This document shows, piece after piece, positions 50,351-61,309 of a DNA stretch of 64,000 nucleotides (positions within the stretch are counted from its first letter, which is position 1; each line of letters begins with the position of its first letter). Location: the NCBI GenBank assembly GCA_965206595.1, contig OZ242214.1, positions 4,864,001 to 4,928,000 on the forward strand. Reading direction: 5' to 3'. This stretch comes from Candidatus Latescibacterota bacterium. GTDB lineage: Bacteria > Latescibacterota > UBA2968 > UBA8231. Position numbers and translations under genes: made by a program. The notes beneath the pieces are model-generated. The model saw nothing but the letters and a program-made list of their open reading frames with translations, had not been told where the DNA came from and did no database searches.

Positions 50351-51483
50351 TAGTGGCCCGTCCGGTTCGCCCGGCTCAGGGTGAGAAGCGCGATTTCGGA
50401 AGGGACACCGAGCCGTAGCGGGGGACCCCAGTAGCCGGTGCCCCGGTGGACGTAGATCCAGGTGTCGCGAACCTTGTGCAAGCCCGCCACAAACGGCTGT
50501 TGCAGGGGAATTGCGTACTTCCACGGCACGAACTGGCCGCCGTGCGTGTGACCCGAAAGCTGCAGGTGGCAGCCGGCCCGGCTGGCCGCCTCTATGCTGC
50601 GCGGCTGGTGCGCGAGAAGGATGCGCACATCGGCGCCGTCGCTGGAAGCAAGGGCCTTGGCCGGGTCCGATGCGTGGCCGGGGACCATCTCGCCGGCGCT
50701 GAAGTCGGTCGTGCCAGCCAGGGCGATCCGCCCGCCGCCGCAGTCGATCTGGCAAACCTCGTTTATCAGCACCTTGAAGCCGAGGCGGCGCGCCTGCTCC
50801 GTCCAGCCCTCCACGCCGGAGTAGTATTCGTGGTTGCCGGTACAGAAATACACCCCGAGCGGAGCGGTGAGCTCGGACAGGGCAGCGGTATGAGGGGCGA
50901 GTCGTTCGACGGTCCCGTCGGCGAAATCCCCGGTGAAGGCGATCAGGTCGGGTTGGAGTTCGTTGACCCGGGCGACAACGCGCTCGACAAAAGGTGCCTT
51001 GATGGTCGGGCCGACGTGAAGGTCGCTGATCTGGACGATGCGCAGCCCGACCAGCGCGTCCGGAAGATTCGGGATAGGAACATCGACCCGGCTTACCGCT
51101 GGCGTACGGCGGGCCTGATAGAAGCCATAGCCCCCTGCGACCACCGCCAGAATGACGGTCGCCAAGTCGATGCCGGCCTTGAGCGCGGCGTCGGCAGGAT
51201 AGACCAGTCCCAGGACCAATCCCCCGATATCGCGCAGGACCAGCAAGGACGAGCAGACGGTGAAGAAGCCCATGCCGAGGTAGGCCACCCAGGAGAGGGG
51301 ATCCGTCAGCCAGGCCAGATGCGGACGGGAGCGCAGGCGAAAGAGCAACAAGGGGGCAAACAGCAGGAATGCCAGCGCCAGTGCGGCACCGGTATGTGAG
51401 GACGGAGGGAGATAGGGGATGAGCCGCCAGCCCGCATAGCCGTAGATCGAGCCGAGCAGCGCCAGGAAAATCAGTACGAACAT
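50350..51483 (-). CDS. Membrane-anchored metallophosphoesterase (YkuE-like)
   Basis: N-terminal TM helices; SDLH, TGD, GNHE, AHQP, GHTHGGQ. Confidence 0.9.
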   Translation of the reverse strand: MFVLIFLALLGSIYGYAGWRLIPYLPPSSHTGAALALAFLLFAPLLLFRLRSRPHLAWLTDPLSWVAYLGMGFFTVCSSLLVLRDIGGLVLGLVYPADAALKAGIDLATVILAVVAGGYGFYQARRTPAVSRVDVPIPNLPDALVGLRIVQISDLHVGPTIKAPFVERVVARVNELQPDLIAFTGDFADGTVERLAPHTAALSELTAPLGVYFCTGNHEYYSGVEGWTEQARRLGFKVLINEVCQIDCGGGRIALAGTTDFSAGEMVPGHASDPAKALASSDGADVRILLAHQPRSIEAASRAGCHLQLSGHTHGGQFVPWKYAIPLQQPFVAGLHKVRDTWIYVHRGTGYWGPPLRLGVPSEIALLTLSRANRTGH

Positions 51484-51544
51484 GCGATTTCAGTTTCGTG
51501 GGAAGCGCGGCTTTTTCTGGCTGCCCAGATCTTGCAGGTTCCGT

Positions 51545-52447
51545 CTACTTCAGGGATGCCTTGATCCTTCCCCAGGTTATGGATTCGACGGCTGTTTCCT
51601 GGGCGGAAAGTAATAGCCCATCGACATAGAGATCGGCCATACTGTAATAAAGATCGAGCCAGGCCTGGCCTTCCATTTCAGCCGGATACCAGGAAAACCC
51701 GCTGCATCCACATTCATGGAAGTCTTCTTCTTGCTCAATAACTTCAACAGAAAAACCGACAATCTGATGGGCGGACAGGTTGCTGAAAAGGGTTTCCCCC
51801 ACATCCTCTCCCCACTCGTCAAACGGAGTGACATACAGCTCGATTACGCTTATGGTGGGATTCTCTCCTGCTGCCATCCCTCCTGCATCTCCGTAAGGAG
51901 GGTAAACCCTCCAGGACTTTGGTATTCTCCCCCCATATTCCCACCGGGTCCCGTCGTCCAGGATCGGCCCAGTTTCTGTTTGAGCAACAGCTGAATACCT
52001 CTGTGCGTCCCCATGCACTTCCATCAACTGCTCCCTGGTAGGAGAGAACCACTGCCTCTCCCCCTTTCCTCCAGCGTGATCCGCATCGATTTGGAAAACA
52101 ATGCTGTCATGGACAAACATCCCACCGCGTCCGGTATGGTTGTGGGTGTTTCGGTAAACATCGTCGGCGATAATGAAAGCTGCGTAAACCCGATCGGGTT
52201 CGTCGTGCCAGGCAAGCCAGACGCGGAAGTCGAGGTTGGACGGATCGTGGGGACGGTCCGAGAAAGTTTTGAAGTCCAGTAACGTCATGCTCGGTTCGCC
52301 AACTTCATGCCATTCGTCTATCGATCCATCGTGCAGGTCGATCTTCTCCAGCATCTCATCCGTCAATTGGTAGAAGGGGTACAGGCGGGTTCCGCTGTGC
52401 GCTTCTGCAGCCGATACCATGCACAAAATTATCAGGATTTTACTCAT
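51545..52447 (-). CDS. Secreted CBM9/DOMON-like protein with a C-terminal TWGRIK motif (paralog 1)
   Basis: Signal peptide, IDLHDGSIDEW, LDFRVWLAW, ELYVTPFD, TAVESITWGRIKASLK. Confidence 0.7.
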   Translation of the reverse strand: MSKILIILCMVSAAEAHSGTRLYPFYQLTDEMLEKIDLHDGSIDEWHEVGEPSMTLLDFKTFSDRPHDPSNLDFRVWLAWHDEPDRVYAAFIIADDVYRNTHNHTGRGGMFVHDSIVFQIDADHAGGKGERQWFSPTREQLMEVHGDAQRYSAVAQTETGPILDDGTRWEYGGRIPKSWRVYPPYGDAGGMAAGENPTISVIELYVTPFDEWGEDVGETLFSNLSAHQIVGFSVEVIEQEEDFHECGCSGFSWYPAEMEGQAWLDLYYSMADLYVDGLLLSAQETAVESITWGRIKASLK

Positions 52448-52682
52448 CAGGATCTTTCTGATTCTTCTTTCTCGGTTGGTGTGAGCAGGCGCTGCCGCTC
52501 TCCCCCGAAAAGCCGTAGTTGACAACCATACGCAATTCAGCCACTGTCCGCAGGAAGTGTTCACGCCCCGGCCAATGCCGGGCATCCGGGCCTTCCACAT
52601 CGGTTGAGTTCAATAGGTTTCGAGCAAGGTAAAATCCTGGGCTGACAGGCAGGTAAGGCCGTTGAGCCGTTTGAACAAGAGC

Positions 52683-52988
52683 ATGACAGATTCCATCCAT
52701 CCAAAGCAGTTTCCCGGGCGGTTCCAGCGATACGCGACCAGCGAATTCGGCAGAGAGGGCGAGGAATGGCTTGAGGAACTGCCCTCCATTATCAGGAGGT
52801 GCTGCGACAAGAGGGGCCTGACACTCGGCCGGCCGGCCGATGAGATCAAGGCCAACTATATCGCCTGCGTCGATATGGGAAATGGGGATGGGGTTGAAGC
52901 GGCGGACAGCAACATGCCCGCCGGTACTTCCCGGGCGATGGTCCACCGACCTCGGCACCGGCGTTGGGTTTGGCCGCCGGGCGAATGA
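52683..52988 (+). pseudogene. N-terminal fragment of an APH(6)/hydroxyurea-resistance-type kinase
   Basis: FGREGEEWLEELPSII...GLTLG...NYIA resembles the start of this family; no kinase core follows. Confidence 0.55.
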
Positions 52989-52994
52989 GCCCGG

Positions 52995-55250
52995 TCAGTG
53001 CCCGTGGATGGACCTCCCGCCGAGAACGACCGGCGCGGAATCTACGATCTCGAGATCCGCGATTCCCTCCCTGATGCGCACGATGCAGTCGAGCGGCGGC
53101 AGCTCGTACACGGACCGCTCGCCGGTCGTGGGCCAGTGAATCTCCATCCTCGCGATGCGCACGGCACGGCCGAGGCCGATCTCGACCTGCAGGCTCGACG
53201 AACCGAAGCTGCCGCCGGTGCCGACGACCCGGTGGATCTGGCGCAGCTTGCCATCCTCTTGCTGCGCGACCACGTGGACCCGGACGCCGATAGCGGAGCG
53301 GTTGGAGCGGACGCCCTCGAGGCGGAGCGTGATCCAGCGGTTTCCGAAACCGGGGTTCTGGAAGAGGATGTTCTGGTACACGTCGCCGCTGTAGGCCCCC
53401 CCCATGTTGGCGTAGATGTCCTGGTCGCCGTCGTTGTCGAGGTCCCCGAAGGCGATGCCGTGCCCCTTCTGAATACTGCCGAAACCGCCAGCCGTCGTTA
53501 CGTCCTGGAAACGGCGGCCGCCGTCGTTGCGGAGCACCACGTTGGGAACAAGCGTGTACAAAGCGGGTTCGCCGGTGCCGAAGTAGGCGTCGAGAAAGCC
53601 GTCGTTGTCGATGTCGCCGAAGTTCGCCCCCATCGCCAGCAGAACGCGGTCGAATCCGGTTCGTCGGCTGACGTCCTCGAAGGTCCCGTCGCCGCGGTTG
53701 CGGTACAGCCTGCAACGAGCCGCCTCGGTCGGCAGGTCGAGGTACTCGGAGACGACCAGGTCGAGCCCGACGCTGCTGAAGCCGGCGAAGCTTCCGACCA
53801 TCAGGTCCAGCCAGCCGTCGTTGTCATAGTCGAAGAACCAGGTGGGAAAGCTGCGGATCGGTGCGGCGATCCCGGCTGCGGCGGAAACGTCGGAGAAGCT
53901 CCAGCTCCCCCCGACCCCCGGCCCATCGTTACGGTACAGCACGTTCGGCTGATCGAACCTTGAAAGGAACAGGTCGGCCCTGCCGTCGTTGTCGTAGTCG
54001 CCCCACACCGCGCCCTTGACGAAGCCGACGTGGTCGAGACCGACGCTCCACGCCACCTCGGCGAAGGTGCCGTCGCCGTTGTTCCGGTACAGCTCGCAGG
54101 GGTGTTGCCGGGACCTGGACTCGTTGGCGACGAACAGGTCCAGCCAACCGTCGTTGTCGTAGTCGCCCCATGCGGCCGAGTGGCTCGGCTGGAAGCTCAG
54201 GATGCCGGCCCGCTCGGTGACGTCCTCGAAGGAGCCCCCCAGGTTGCGGAGAAGCGAATTGGGGTACACTCCGAGGTTCCCGAGCCAGGCTCCCCGGAGC
54301 ACGAGCAGGTCGGGGTGGCCGTCGTTGTCGTAGTCGGCGTGCTCCAGGTTGATTCCGCCCGTCAGCCCTGTCAGGCCGGCGGCGCCGGTGCGGTCGGCGA
54401 AACGGCCGTCCGCCCGGTTCTCGAAATAGCGCAGCGGATCGGTCGGGCCCCAGGATGAGGTGACCACGTCGAGGTAACCGTCACCGTTGAAGTCCTCGAC
54501 GACCGATCCTCCCGAGGTCGACAGGTGGGCGACTTCCGCAGCCGGGGCGACGTCCCGAAAGCGCTGGAGCTCGAAATCCGAGTCGAATACCGACGGGGGA
54601 ACGAGCCAGCCTTCAGGCACGTTTTCAGGGTACTCGCCGAGTGTCATGTACGCTATGTTCAGCAACCAGCGGGAGCTCAGGTCTTCGGGATCTTCTTCGA
54701 GGAGGCTGCGGTAGATCTCGACCGCCGCCCGCGATCCCCGCTGGAGACGGTGGATTCCGCGTTCCTGGATCGGAAGCAGGCAGGAGTCGATGGTGTGGTC
54801 GAGGATGCAGTTCTCCTGCTCGCCGATACGCAGGTACGAAATCGCCTTCAGCCGTCGGAGCTGCCGCTTGTTCTGCGGCGTCGAGTAACGCGCGTCCTTC
54901 CCGAGGAGCCCGGTCAACCGATGGACCTGGCGCACGGCATCCTCGGACCGGCCCGCCCGCAGCAGCTCGACGGCGTGCTGCACCTGGAAGAAGAGCGGCG
55001 GCGGGCTCGCGGACGCTGCAGTCTTTCGCTCGATCATCTCGACTCGCAGGTCGTTGCTGTACGGCGTGTTGCGCAAGCCGGCATCTTCCGCGAGGCGCTG
55101 GAGCCGCTCCGCCATGGGCAGATTCGCAGCGCGCGCCGAATTCTCTTCGGGAGGGTCCGTGGCCGAGGGCTCCGGCGAGGAGTCGGCGCACCCACCGCCG
55201 AGGCTCGCCAGGGCCAGAGCCAGGACCACAGCCGTTGGAATCCGCCGCAC
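52995..55250 (-). CDS. CRTAC1/ASPIC-UnbV FG-GAP repeat lipoprotein
   Basis: Lipobox-like LGGGC, many DYDNDG.LDL repeats, SNRSAIG...GLG ASPIC/UnbV C-terminus. Confidence 0.85.
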   Translation of the reverse strand: MRRIPTAVVLALALASLGGGCADSSPEPSATDPPEENSARAANLPMAERLQRLAEDAGLRNTPYSNDLRVEMIERKTAASASPPPLFFQVQHAVELLRAGRSEDAVRQVHRLTGLLGKDARYSTPQNKRQLRRLKAISYLRIGEQENCILDHTIDSCLLPIQERGIHRLQRGSRAAVEIYRSLLEEDPEDLSSRWLLNIAYMTLGEYPENVPEGWLVPPSVFDSDFELQRFRDVAPAAEVAHLSTSGGSVVEDFNGDGYLDVVTSSWGPTDPLRYFENRADGRFADRTGAAGLTGLTGGINLEHADYDNDGHPDLLVLRGAWLGNLGVYPNSLLRNLGGSFEDVTERAGILSFQPSHSAAWGDYDNDGWLDLFVANESRSRQHPCELYRNNGDGTFAEVAWSVGLDHVGFVKGAVWGDYDNDGRADLFLSRFDQPNVLYRNDGPGVGGSWSFSDVSAAAGIAAPIRSFPTWFFDYDNDGWLDLMVGSFAGFSSVGLDLVVSEYLDLPTEAARCRLYRNRGDGTFEDVSRRTGFDRVLLAMGANFGDIDNDGFLDAYFGTGEPALYTLVPNVVLRNDGGRRFQDVTTAGGFGSIQKGHGIAFGDLDNDGDQDIYANMGGAYSGDVYQNILFQNPGFGNRWITLRLEGVRSNRSAIGVRVHVVAQQEDGKLRQIHRVVGTGGSFGSSSLQVEIGLGRAVRIARMEIHWPTTGERSVYELPPLDCIVRIREGIADLEIVDSAPVVLGGRSIHGH

Positions 55251-55260
55251 CGGCTCCCCT

Positions 55261-57300
55261 TCAGCCCAGCTCCCTGGGCACGGTGACGCTCCAGCTCTTG
55301 TCGAAGCAGCGGTCGCCGTCGACGGTCACTTCCACCGTGGTCGAGAAACGGTAGGCTTCCGCGTCGCTTCTCAGGACCTCCTTCGCCTCGACGACGATTC
55401 TCTTGTCCGGATGCGGCGGCTCGTACACGTAGCCGGCCTTCAGCACGGTTTCGGCCGGATTCTTCGGCGACACCGTGTATGTCGACCACGCCCGCCCAGG
55501 GACAGCGCGACCGGTCCCGTCCCTCTCCAGGGTGGCGGTCACGGTGCCGGCGACGTGGTCGTGGGTGATCTCGTGCCGGTTGGGGGGCAGGTCCTCCATC
55601 GTCGCCGGCGAATGCGGCGAAGGTTCGAACTGGGGCTCCGGCAGGGACAGAGTTCGCGCCGGGGTCAGCGGCAGCACTACACGGGACGGGCAGTTCCGTC
55701 CGCAGTACACGCTGTTGACCGCAGGAAACGGGGTGGGCCAGGCGTTCTGAAAATCGGCGCTGGCGACGCTCAGGCGAATGCGGTGGCCCTTCTCGAAGAG
55801 GTAGGAGAGGTACTTCATGTCGATGCGCAGCTCGTAGACCTCACCCGGTTCCATCGGCTCGGGACGGGAGTGCGAGCTCCGGTGCGTCCCCAGCAGCCCG
55901 CCGTCGGTCAGCCACTTCGAGGTGCCGTCCGGGGCGACGTCGGTCAGCTTCACGTGGAAGTACGCGGTCTCGGCGCTGGAGGAGACGTGCAGCACCGCCA
56001 CGGGATTGCCGGTTACCTCGAGATCCCGCTCCAGCGGCGGCGTGGTCCAGGTCAGCGACAGGGCCTCGTCGAGCCGCTGGTCGACCGGCATGGCCCACGG
56101 CATGATGCCGCCGCCCCAGTAGATGCCGGCGGTGATGCCGACCGCGGGGTTGTAGTCGTACTCGCGGACGCCACCCTCGCAGTCCGGGGCCTCGCTGCTC
56201 AGCTCTTCGCCGGGATGTAGGTAGAAGGGAGTGTCCCGGTTTCGCGCCGGAGGCCACTCTTCCTCCGCTCTCCAGAACCCGGCGTCCTCCAGGTACATGT
56301 GCGCCGCCGGCTCCTTGTACTTGCGCACGAAAAGGGAGACCGGCGGCTCATCCATCACCCCGGTTTCCTCCCCTTTCAGCCAGCGGTCGTACCACTTCAG
56401 CATCTCGTGCCTGAAGTCGATCCGGGGACCCGGCAGCGCGTCCTCGGGCCAGTAATGGCCCCACGGACCCAGCAGGATCTTTTTGGGAACCCCCAGCTCG
56501 GAGAAAGCCCGCAGGATCGGGGTGGGGTAGGGGTCGGCCCATCCGCACCAGAACAGCACCGGCACCTCGATGCGGCCGTAGTCCGGCTGCAGGGAACGCT
56601 CCCTCCAGTAGGGTCCCTGCAATGGATGGGAGATGTAGCCGATTCCCCAGGGAATGTTGTTCTCCAGGCGCTCCTGCCACAGCTCCTCCCACAGCGGCCC
56701 CGCGATCTCGGCGTCGGGGGGAGCGAAGTTGTAGGCCGTCATCAGCGGCGAGTAGCTGTCGAACATGTAGGGGCGGATCGAGCCCCCGGGGTGGGTCCAG
56801 TCGAGGTAGACGTCGGTGTTGGAAGATCCCATCACCAGGGTCCTGAGATGGGGAGGCCTCTGCGCGGCCACCTGCCACTGCACGACGCCGCCGTAAGACA
56901 TCCCCCACATGCCCACGGCGCCGGTGCACCAGGGCTGGGCGGCTACCCATTCCACCGCTTCGTACCCGTCCCGCCGTTCCCGCTGCGAGTAGATGTCGGT
57001 GCTCGAGCCCCCCGAGTTGCCGGTGCCGCGGACGTCGTAACAGACGACGGCGTAGCCGCGGCGGGCGAACCAGGCGGGCCCGTGCCGGCGGTGGTCGTAG
57101 CCGCTCTCCGAAACGCCGGCTTCAATCCGGGCCAACCGGCGGTAGGGGTGATACTCGACAATCGCGGGAAACTCCCCGGGCGCGTTGGGACGCGCGACCA
57201 CGGCCGCCAGCTCGACGCCGTCGCTCATCGGCATGCGCACGCGGCGGTCGAGCTTCACCTCGAATTCCGGCCCGGATACCGGCCTGCTCTGTCCGTTCAT
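55261..57300 (-). CDS. CocE/NonD family hydrolase
   Basis: MSDGVEL, DVRGTGNSGG, GMSYGG nucleophile elbow, GPWGH; start at MNGQS. Confidence 0.9.
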   Translation of the reverse strand: MNGQSRPVSGPEFEVKLDRRVRMPMSDGVELAAVVARPNAPGEFPAIVEYHPYRRLARIEAGVSESGYDHRRHGPAWFARRGYAVVCYDVRGTGNSGGSSTDIYSQRERRDGYEAVEWVAAQPWCTGAVGMWGMSYGGVVQWQVAAQRPPHLRTLVMGSSNTDVYLDWTHPGGSIRPYMFDSYSPLMTAYNFAPPDAEIAGPLWEELWQERLENNIPWGIGYISHPLQGPYWRERSLQPDYGRIEVPVLFWCGWADPYPTPILRAFSELGVPKKILLGPWGHYWPEDALPGPRIDFRHEMLKWYDRWLKGEETGVMDEPPVSLFVRKYKEPAAHMYLEDAGFWRAEEEWPPARNRDTPFYLHPGEELSSEAPDCEGGVREYDYNPAVGITAGIYWGGGIMPWAMPVDQRLDEALSLTWTTPPLERDLEVTGNPVAVLHVSSSAETAYFHVKLTDVAPDGTSKWLTDGGLLGTHRSSHSRPEPMEPGEVYELRIDMKYLSYLFEKGHRIRLSVASADFQNAWPTPFPAVNSVYCGRNCPSRVVLPLTPARTLSLPEPQFEPSPHSPATMEDLPPNRHEITHDHVAGTVTATLERDGTGRAVPGRAWSTYTVSPKNPAETVLKAGYVYEPPHPDKRIVVEAKEVLRSDAEAYRFSTTVEVTVDGDRCFDKSWSVTVPRELG

Positions 57301-57467
57301 GTCATTTCCCTCGGTAATCAACGCCCAACCTATGCCGGGCACCCCCGGGCTGTCCACGTTTCCCCCTGCCAGGGGAAATGCCGTTCTCCGGGACTTGGGC
57401 AGGTCCCGGGATCCGATATCTTCCCTGCAGCACCCTGTCTTGCCGCCCCGAACCGGAGACCGCCGGC

Positions 57468-58617
57468 ATGGACACTCGCTCGACTGACATCGCACCCGTC
57501 GTGAAAGCCTGGTGTGCCGCGGGCCTGCTTTCCGCCGGCCTCGCACTGGCGCCGTCCGCCTGGGCGCAAGAGGAGGAGAGATGGGTGTTCGGAGGCGCCG
57601 GCGGGGAGACCTGGCGAGCCCATGTCGACCTCAATGTCATGGCCGTTTTCGTCGGCTCGCAGGGACCGATAACGGATGATTTCGACAATTGGTCCCCATG
57701 GTCCGGCCCCCTGGCCGAATCCGGGAGCCGCCCCGGTCTCGCCAGCGGCCGATGGTTCGCGGTGCAGATCGAAATGCGATCCGGGAGTCCTTCCGACTTC
57801 GCGCGGCTGGACTCGCTGTCGATCGAGATCATCCCGTTGCTCGCGGACCGAGTGGTCGCGGAAGTGGCGAAGGCCGGCGACGGCCTGTCGCCGCTGGCTT
57901 CCGAGGTGCCTCTCGGAGAGGAGGTCGAGCTGTCCTACGCCATCAGCGCCGAGTTCGAGGAGATTGAAGGCGGCTTCGACGCCGTGCACATCGGCACACC
58001 CTCGCGGCCGACCTTCCGCGGCCTGCGCATCGGAACCCCTCTCGACGAGGTGGCGCCGGACAGCGTCGCCCTCGACGAGAAGGGCCTGACCGTATATCTG
58101 CCTGGCCGCATCGAGGCGGACGAGGATCTCCGCATCGGGCTCGGCACCGTGTTGTACACCGTCGCCGCGGAGCTGGACGGGATAGTCTTCAACCGCGCCG
58201 AGCCCGGCCGCGGCCAGCCTGTCATCGGCGGGGACGCCACCGGGGAGATCGCCAGCAACAGCCTGCAACTGCTGTCGTCGGGAAACGAACTGGAGCGGAC
58301 GATCTCCGGCGTCGACATCCGCCCGCGCGCGATCACCCCCAACGGCGACGGCTTCAACGACCTCATGGAGATCGGGTTCGCCCTGTTCGGCGTGCTCGAA
58401 ACCGATGTCGAGATCGTCTTCTACGACTTGGGCGGAAACGCGGTGAGCCGCATCATGGGCACGAGCGCCGGCCCGGGTACAAAACGCGCTCGAATGGGAC
58501 GGAACGGACGAGGAGGGGAGGGCGCTCACACCGGGAGTGTACCTGTGCGAAGTCGCCGCCGAGACCGGTAGAGGCCGCTTCAAGTCCATCATCCCGGTGG
58601 CCGTGGCCTCCTATTGA
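57468..58617 (+). CDS. Secreted protein with a FlgD/T9SS-like Ig C-terminal domain; +1 frameshift at 58481-58484
   Basis: Signal peptide, ITPNGDGFND, FYDLGG. Removing one A gives LEWDGTDEEGRALTPGVYLC...VAVASY*. Confidence 0.7.
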
Positions 58618-58645
58618 GGGTCGCCTTAACTAAAGAGAAGACTCA

Positions 58646-58981
58646 ATGCTCCACTTGATCCCGGAAGAACAGCGATGGCTCGACGCATACCGCCAAATTC
58701 TGGACGACCGGTTCCCCGGCCTTGTGGAAGAGTTTTTGATTTTCGGCTCCAAAGCCCGCGGCGATTCCACCCCTGATTCGGATCTGGATCTCCTTCTCGT
58801 CATCAGGGAAGGGGACTGGCGCCGAAAAGAGGAGATCACCCGACCGGGGAACATGCTGGCCATCGGCACCGACGCGGTGCCTTCCTTCGTTGTGTACACG
58901 CGAGAAGAATGGGAGCAGCGCCGTGAGGACCGGGCCCCTTTCTGGCAGACCGTGACCAGAGACGGAGTTCCGGTCCTGTGA
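58646..58981 (+). CDS. Minimal nucleotidyltransferase (MNT)
   Basis: IFGSKARGD...DSDLDLLLV. Confidence 0.88.
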   Translation: MLHLIPEEQRWLDAYRQILDDRFPGLVEEFLIFGSKARGDSTPDSDLDLLLVIREGDWRRKEEITRPGNMLAIGTDAVPSFVVYTREEWEQRREDRAPFWQTVTRDGVPVL

Positions 58982-59034
58982 ACCCCGCGTGCATACAGGC
59001 CGAGTTCGCCCGAGCAGAGAAAGCCGCGAGAGCC
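58978..59034 (+). pseudogene. N-terminal remnant of a HEPN partner
   Basis: GTGA-coupled start encoding MNPACIQAEFARAEKAARA, after which the sequence is antisense to another gene fragment. Confidence 0.5.
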
Positions 59035-59159
59035 TCGGCTTCGAACTCCATGCCTTGGAGTGCAAAGCCGAGGCTTCCTGTGATCGCCCAGACGATCTCG
59101 GTGTTCTGAAGCTTCCCGTAGATGATCTTCAGGGCCCTCGAATGTGGCGAGGAAGTCAT
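59031..59159 (-). pseudogene. N-terminal fragment of another nucleotidyltransferase-fold protein
   Basis: IVWAITGSLGFALQG (GS motif), cut off before the DxD motif. Confidence 0.5.
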
Positions 59160-59258
59160 CTCAACCTGTCGATTACCGAATCTCCAGTTAACGCACCGAG
59201 GCCGACGGGCGCCCTTCTTGGAAGGGTATAGGCTATAAACCGTCTGAAACTTATCAAC

Positions 59259-60215
59259 TTAGTATCTCAACGAGGCCTTTATCATGCCCCAGGAACTCGG
59301 TCGGACCGCACTTTAAAAAAAGCCATCTGCATGCAAAAGCGCACCATCCACAAAAGCATCCGCCGTTTCAGAAGGATTCCCACCACCCTTGGACCAATCA
59401 TAAATCCTGTACCCATCACCTTCGGATGAGTCCAGGTCTCCATCTCCAACTGCGAGGAAAAAACCAATCACTTTACCGCCCTCCAACTCGGAAGCCACAC
59501 TGCCTTCCGGGTCGTCATTCAAATAGTCGAAGGGAGTCACAAAAAATTCAATCACCCAGACCACAGGAAACTCACCCGCAGCCCCGTCACCCCCTTGGGC
59601 GTAGGGAGGATCTCCTGCCCAATCGAATTCGTAAGGTTCCCCGAAAGGATCATTCGTCATACCCACGGAAAACTCTGGCTCGTAAACATAAGGGGAAGAG
59701 TAGGACTGGGCATGCCGAAGACCTTCCTGGAGCCGTTCCCCCGAAAAAAACCGATACTGACCCCCTGAGTGGTCCCCATCGATTCCCGCGTACAAACAAT
59801 CTATCTCTTCATGACGACTCTTACGATGCCTGACATGCACGTCGTCTGCGAACTGTCCAGAGACATACAACCGGTTGTGTGTGTCATTCCACCCTAGCCA
59901 AATTCTGAAGTCGAGGTCCGCTGGATCATAGGCCACTGTCTCTCTATTCAGCGTATTCCGGTCCAAAATTTGTCTGGTGAAATCCAGTGTCGTAAGGGTG
60001 GGCTCGAATAGCTCATCCCACTCGTCTATGCTCCCGTCATAAAGATCTATCACCTCCAGCATGTCGTCCGTGATCTCGAAAATGGGAATGACTCTATCTC
60101 CCCGGTGGGCTAAGGCATGAAAAGATCCAAGAAGAACAAAAACCTGAACTGCAAAAACAATTTCCCGAGCTCGGGATCGGGGGCCTTTTTCCTGAAATTT
60201 GATAATGTTTGCCAT
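59259..60215 (-). CDS. Secreted CBM9/DOMON-like paralog 2; in-frame TAA at 59313-59315 just before the C-terminal motif
   Basis: Family motifs present; after DGFF* the same frame continues SAVRPSSWGMIKASLRY*. Confidence 0.72.
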
Positions 60216-60281
60216 GGGACTTCCTCCTACCCTATCGGCTTACCAGCGACCGAACGGGTTAACCAGTACGCTTCACCTACG

Positions 60282-61227
60282 TTAGTATCCCAACGAAGCC
60301 TTTATCATGCCCCAGGAACTCGGCTGGACAGCGCTGTGTTCCAAAAACTCACCAGCCTCCAACAGCATTCCATCGACAAATAAATCCGCATCCGATGCAG
60401 GATTCCCCTGTCGTCTTAGAAAAGCGTCGTCTATCATGTAGCCAGTTCCCGATTCTTGCGTATGCGCATCATAATCAGCGATCGAAATAAAGAGACCCAC
60501 CACCTTCCCGCCAACCAATTCGGAAGGCAGACTGCTTTCATGGTCGTTCCAGATCAGCTCGTCGAACGGAGTTACGTAAAATTCGAGAACCCAGAACACA
60601 GGGTTTCCCCCGACACTCCCCTGCCCGCCGTCCGCGTAAGGAAGATCGTCCACCCACTCCAATGCTTCCATTCCTTCCGAGTCACCAAACATAAGCCCAA
60701 TAGACAAACCTATACCCCAAGCAGCCGGAGCCAAATATGCTTGCGCAGGACCCATGCTGTCCCGGTGTCTCGGTCCCGAAAACCACCGGTACGGACCGCC
60801 GGAGTGATCGCCGTCCACACGTAATTCCAAGCTATCCTCAGGATGATGTGCCTTTTCTCTGATCTGGTAGTAGTCGTCTGCGGGCCTGAATACTCAAGTA
60901 CAGCCGACCATGCGTAACGTTCCAACCCAGCCATATTCGGAAATCCAAATCCGAGGGGTCATACGGTACGATTTCCCGAGTGGTGATCGAGGTGTACGCA
61001 AAAAAGTCAAGTGTCGTCAAGGAGGGCTCGAATAGCTCTTCCCACTCGTCGATTCTTCCGTCCTTGAGATCGATCAAATCCAGCATGTCATCGGTGATCT
61101 CGTAAATTGGAATGACTCTATCTCCCCGGTGGGCGGAAGCATTGTTGAACCCGACCAGCAGGGGTGCCACAGTCAGAAAACAGATACCAATGGCCGTACA
61201 AGGATTGGGTTTCATGATCCGTTTCAT
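60282..61227 (-). CDS. Secreted CBM9/DOMON-like paralog 3; +1 frameshift at ~60883
   Basis: AAGGAGG RBS. Removing one C restores QAADDYYQIREK...VDGDHSGG. Ends SAVQPSSWGMIKASLGY. Confidence 0.75.
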
Positions 61228-61309
61228 ACGGCTCCTCCTTACCAGGTGGGTGAACCAGATCCTAAACGGATCAGCCAAGTTCTGCCAGGCTGACTTCCAT
61301 GTCTACAGC

